The position numbers and the translations under genes were made by a program. A stretch of DNA of 63,857 nucleotides, filler included. It is 13 parts of 13 records of this genome, joined end to end, with 100 filler letters (N's around TTAATTAATTAA, not from the genome) between each part and the next. Parts side by side here need not be neighbours in the genome. Positions count along the whole stretch, not along the records: positions 61,542 to 63,857 come from SRR11831586_1953; 12 more parts are not named here. One strand, given 5' to 3'. This document shows, one piece after another, positions 62,572-63,857 of this stretch. The notes beneath the pieces were generated by a model. It was not told the origin of the DNA. It made no database searches and saw only the letters and a list, made by a program, of their open reading frames with translations. Positions within the stretch are counted from its first letter, which is position 1, and every line of letters begins with the position of its first letter.

Positions 62572-63468
62572 ATGGCCAAAGAAAGGGCATTAACGCTGGA
62601 AGCACTACGGGTTATGGATGCGATCGATCGCCGGGGCAGTTTTGCGGCGGCGGCGGATGAGCTGGGACGCGTGCCTTCCGCACTTAGCTACACCATGCAA
62701 AAACTGGAAGAAGAGCTGGATGTGGTGCTGTTTGACCGCTCGGGCCATCGTACCAAATTCACCAATGTCGGGAGGATGTTGTTGGAGCGAGGGCGCGTTT
62801 TGCTGGAAGCCGCAGATAAACTGACTACTGATGCGGAAGCTCTCGCGCGCGGTTGGGAAACGCATCTCACCATTGTGACCGAAGCGCTGGTACCGACACC
62901 TGCCTTTTTCCCGTTAATCGACAAACTGGCGGCAAAAGCCAATACCCAACTGGCAATCATCACAGAAGTGCTGGCGGGGGCGTGGGAACGGCTGGAGCAG
63001 GGGCGGGCGGATATTGTTATCGCGCCGGATATGCATTTTCGTTCCTCGTCGGAGATCAACTCGCGCAAGCTCTATACGTTAATGAACGTCTACGTTGCCG
63101 CGCCTGATCACCCGATTCATCAGGAGCCGGAACCGTTATCTGAAGTGACGCGTGTGAAATATCGTGGAATTGCGGTGGCGGATACCGCTCGTGAGCGCCC
63201 GGTGTTGACCGTACAGCTGCTGGACAAACAGCCGCGCTTAACGGTGAGCACGATTGAAGATAAACGTCAGGCATTACTGGCGGGGCTTGGCGTGGCGACG
63301 ATGCCGTATCCTATGGTCGAAAAAGATATTGCGGAAGGGCGGTTGCGTGTCGTCAGCCCGGAATCGACCAGCGAGATCGATATTATTATGGCCTGGCGTC
63401 GTGACAGTATGGGGGAAGCGAAATCCTGGTGTCTGCGGGAAATTCCCAAACTTTTTAACGGAAAATAA
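62572..63468 (+). CDS. yhaJ: LysR-family regulator
   Basis: GSFAAAADELGRVPSALSY HTH; 298 aa. Confidence 0.95.
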   Translation: MAKERALTLEALRVMDAIDRRGSFAAAADELGRVPSALSYTMQKLEEELDVVLFDRSGHRTKFTNVGRMLLERGRVLLEAADKLTTDAEALARGWETHLTIVTEALVPTPAFFPLIDKLAAKANTQLAIITEVLAGAWERLEQGRADIVIAPDMHFRSSSEINSRKLYTLMNVYVAAPDHPIHQEPEPLSEVTRVKYRGIAVADTARERPVLTVQLLDKQPRLTVSTIEDKRQALLAGLGVATMPYPMVEKDIAEGRLRVVSPESTSEIDIIMAWRRDSMGEAKSWCLREIPKLFNGK

Positions 63469-63518
63469 TATTTATTATTGTTAATAAAAAGGGGCGAAAT
63501 ATCGCCCCAATTCTAAGA

Positions 63519-63857
63519 TTAATTTGAACCAAACTTCGGATCGTTTCCGTAACGATTGCTGCCAGAAGTACCTTCTGTGCAGAAAAAAACCAGAAGCACG
63601 AGCCAGCCAATAAACGGAACAAAAAAGAGCAAGGCCCAGGCACCTGAACGGTCGGTATCGTGTAAGCGACGGATAGCAAGCGCAAGGACGGGAAGGAAGG
63701 TTGCCAGCAAATAAAGCATAGACAGATATGGAAGCTCCAGACCTAAAATCAATTGAATGACATTGATAATAGCGCCGACGATGGCGTTAATCAGAGTAAA
63801 CATCCAGTACTCTTTACGACGTGCGCGACCAGAGAAACCAACATAATTTTTTAATAC
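63519..63857 (-). CDS. yhaI: DUF805 inner membrane protein, start beyond the window
   Basis: FSGRARRKEYWMF...IRRLHDTDRSG...NRYG. Confidence 0.88.
   Translation of the reverse strand, partial: VLKNYVGFSGRARRKEYWMFTLINAIVGAIINVIQLILGLELPYLSMLYLLATFLPVLALAIRRLHDTDRSGAWALLFFVPFIGWLVLLVFFCTEGTSGSNRYGNDPKFGSN

Overview
This window is not one locus. It is a pseudomolecule of 13 unrelated contigs joined by twelve 100-nt artificial linkers (N44-TTAATTAATTAA-N44, with stops in all six frames). Six contigs are ordinary E. coli K-12 chromosome: yhhW-gntRKU-yhgN-asd-glgBXCAP; yqgF-yqgE-gshB-rsmE-endA'; yheS'-kefGB-slyD-fkpA-tusDCB-rpsL-rpsG-fusA'; hybA'O-yghWX-gpr-yqhA-yghA-exbDB-metC-yghB'; fliJ'IH'; yhaLKJI'. 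Six contigs come from an unidentified intron-rich, mitochondriate eukaryote, probably a bacterivorous protist fed on or contaminated by E. coli. Hand-splicing GT-AG introns there recovers genes the ORF track misses: a ubiquitin-like+WD40 fusion and its frameshifted tandem paralog, a TDRD3/RMI1-type OB-fold gene, 5-oxoprolinase, a PH-domain gene, a coiled-coil orphan, a complete 9-exon mitochondrial MetAP, a DDX27/Drs1 3' end, a secreted Cys-rich repeat protein, a CCDC90/MCUR1-like gene and a TPR gene. The remaining GC-rich contig (15971-18389) looks like the 5' half of a DIRS-type tyrosine-recombinase retrotransposon: a gag-like ORF, one TAG, an in-frame continuation, and an overlapping pol-like frame. 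The most interesting signals are this element, the WD40 pair sharing a DWRAxYRxA tail, a splice-donor consensus with C/T at +4, and short 5' versus long microsatellite-rich distal introns. All exon models are manual and unverified by RNA or database searches.
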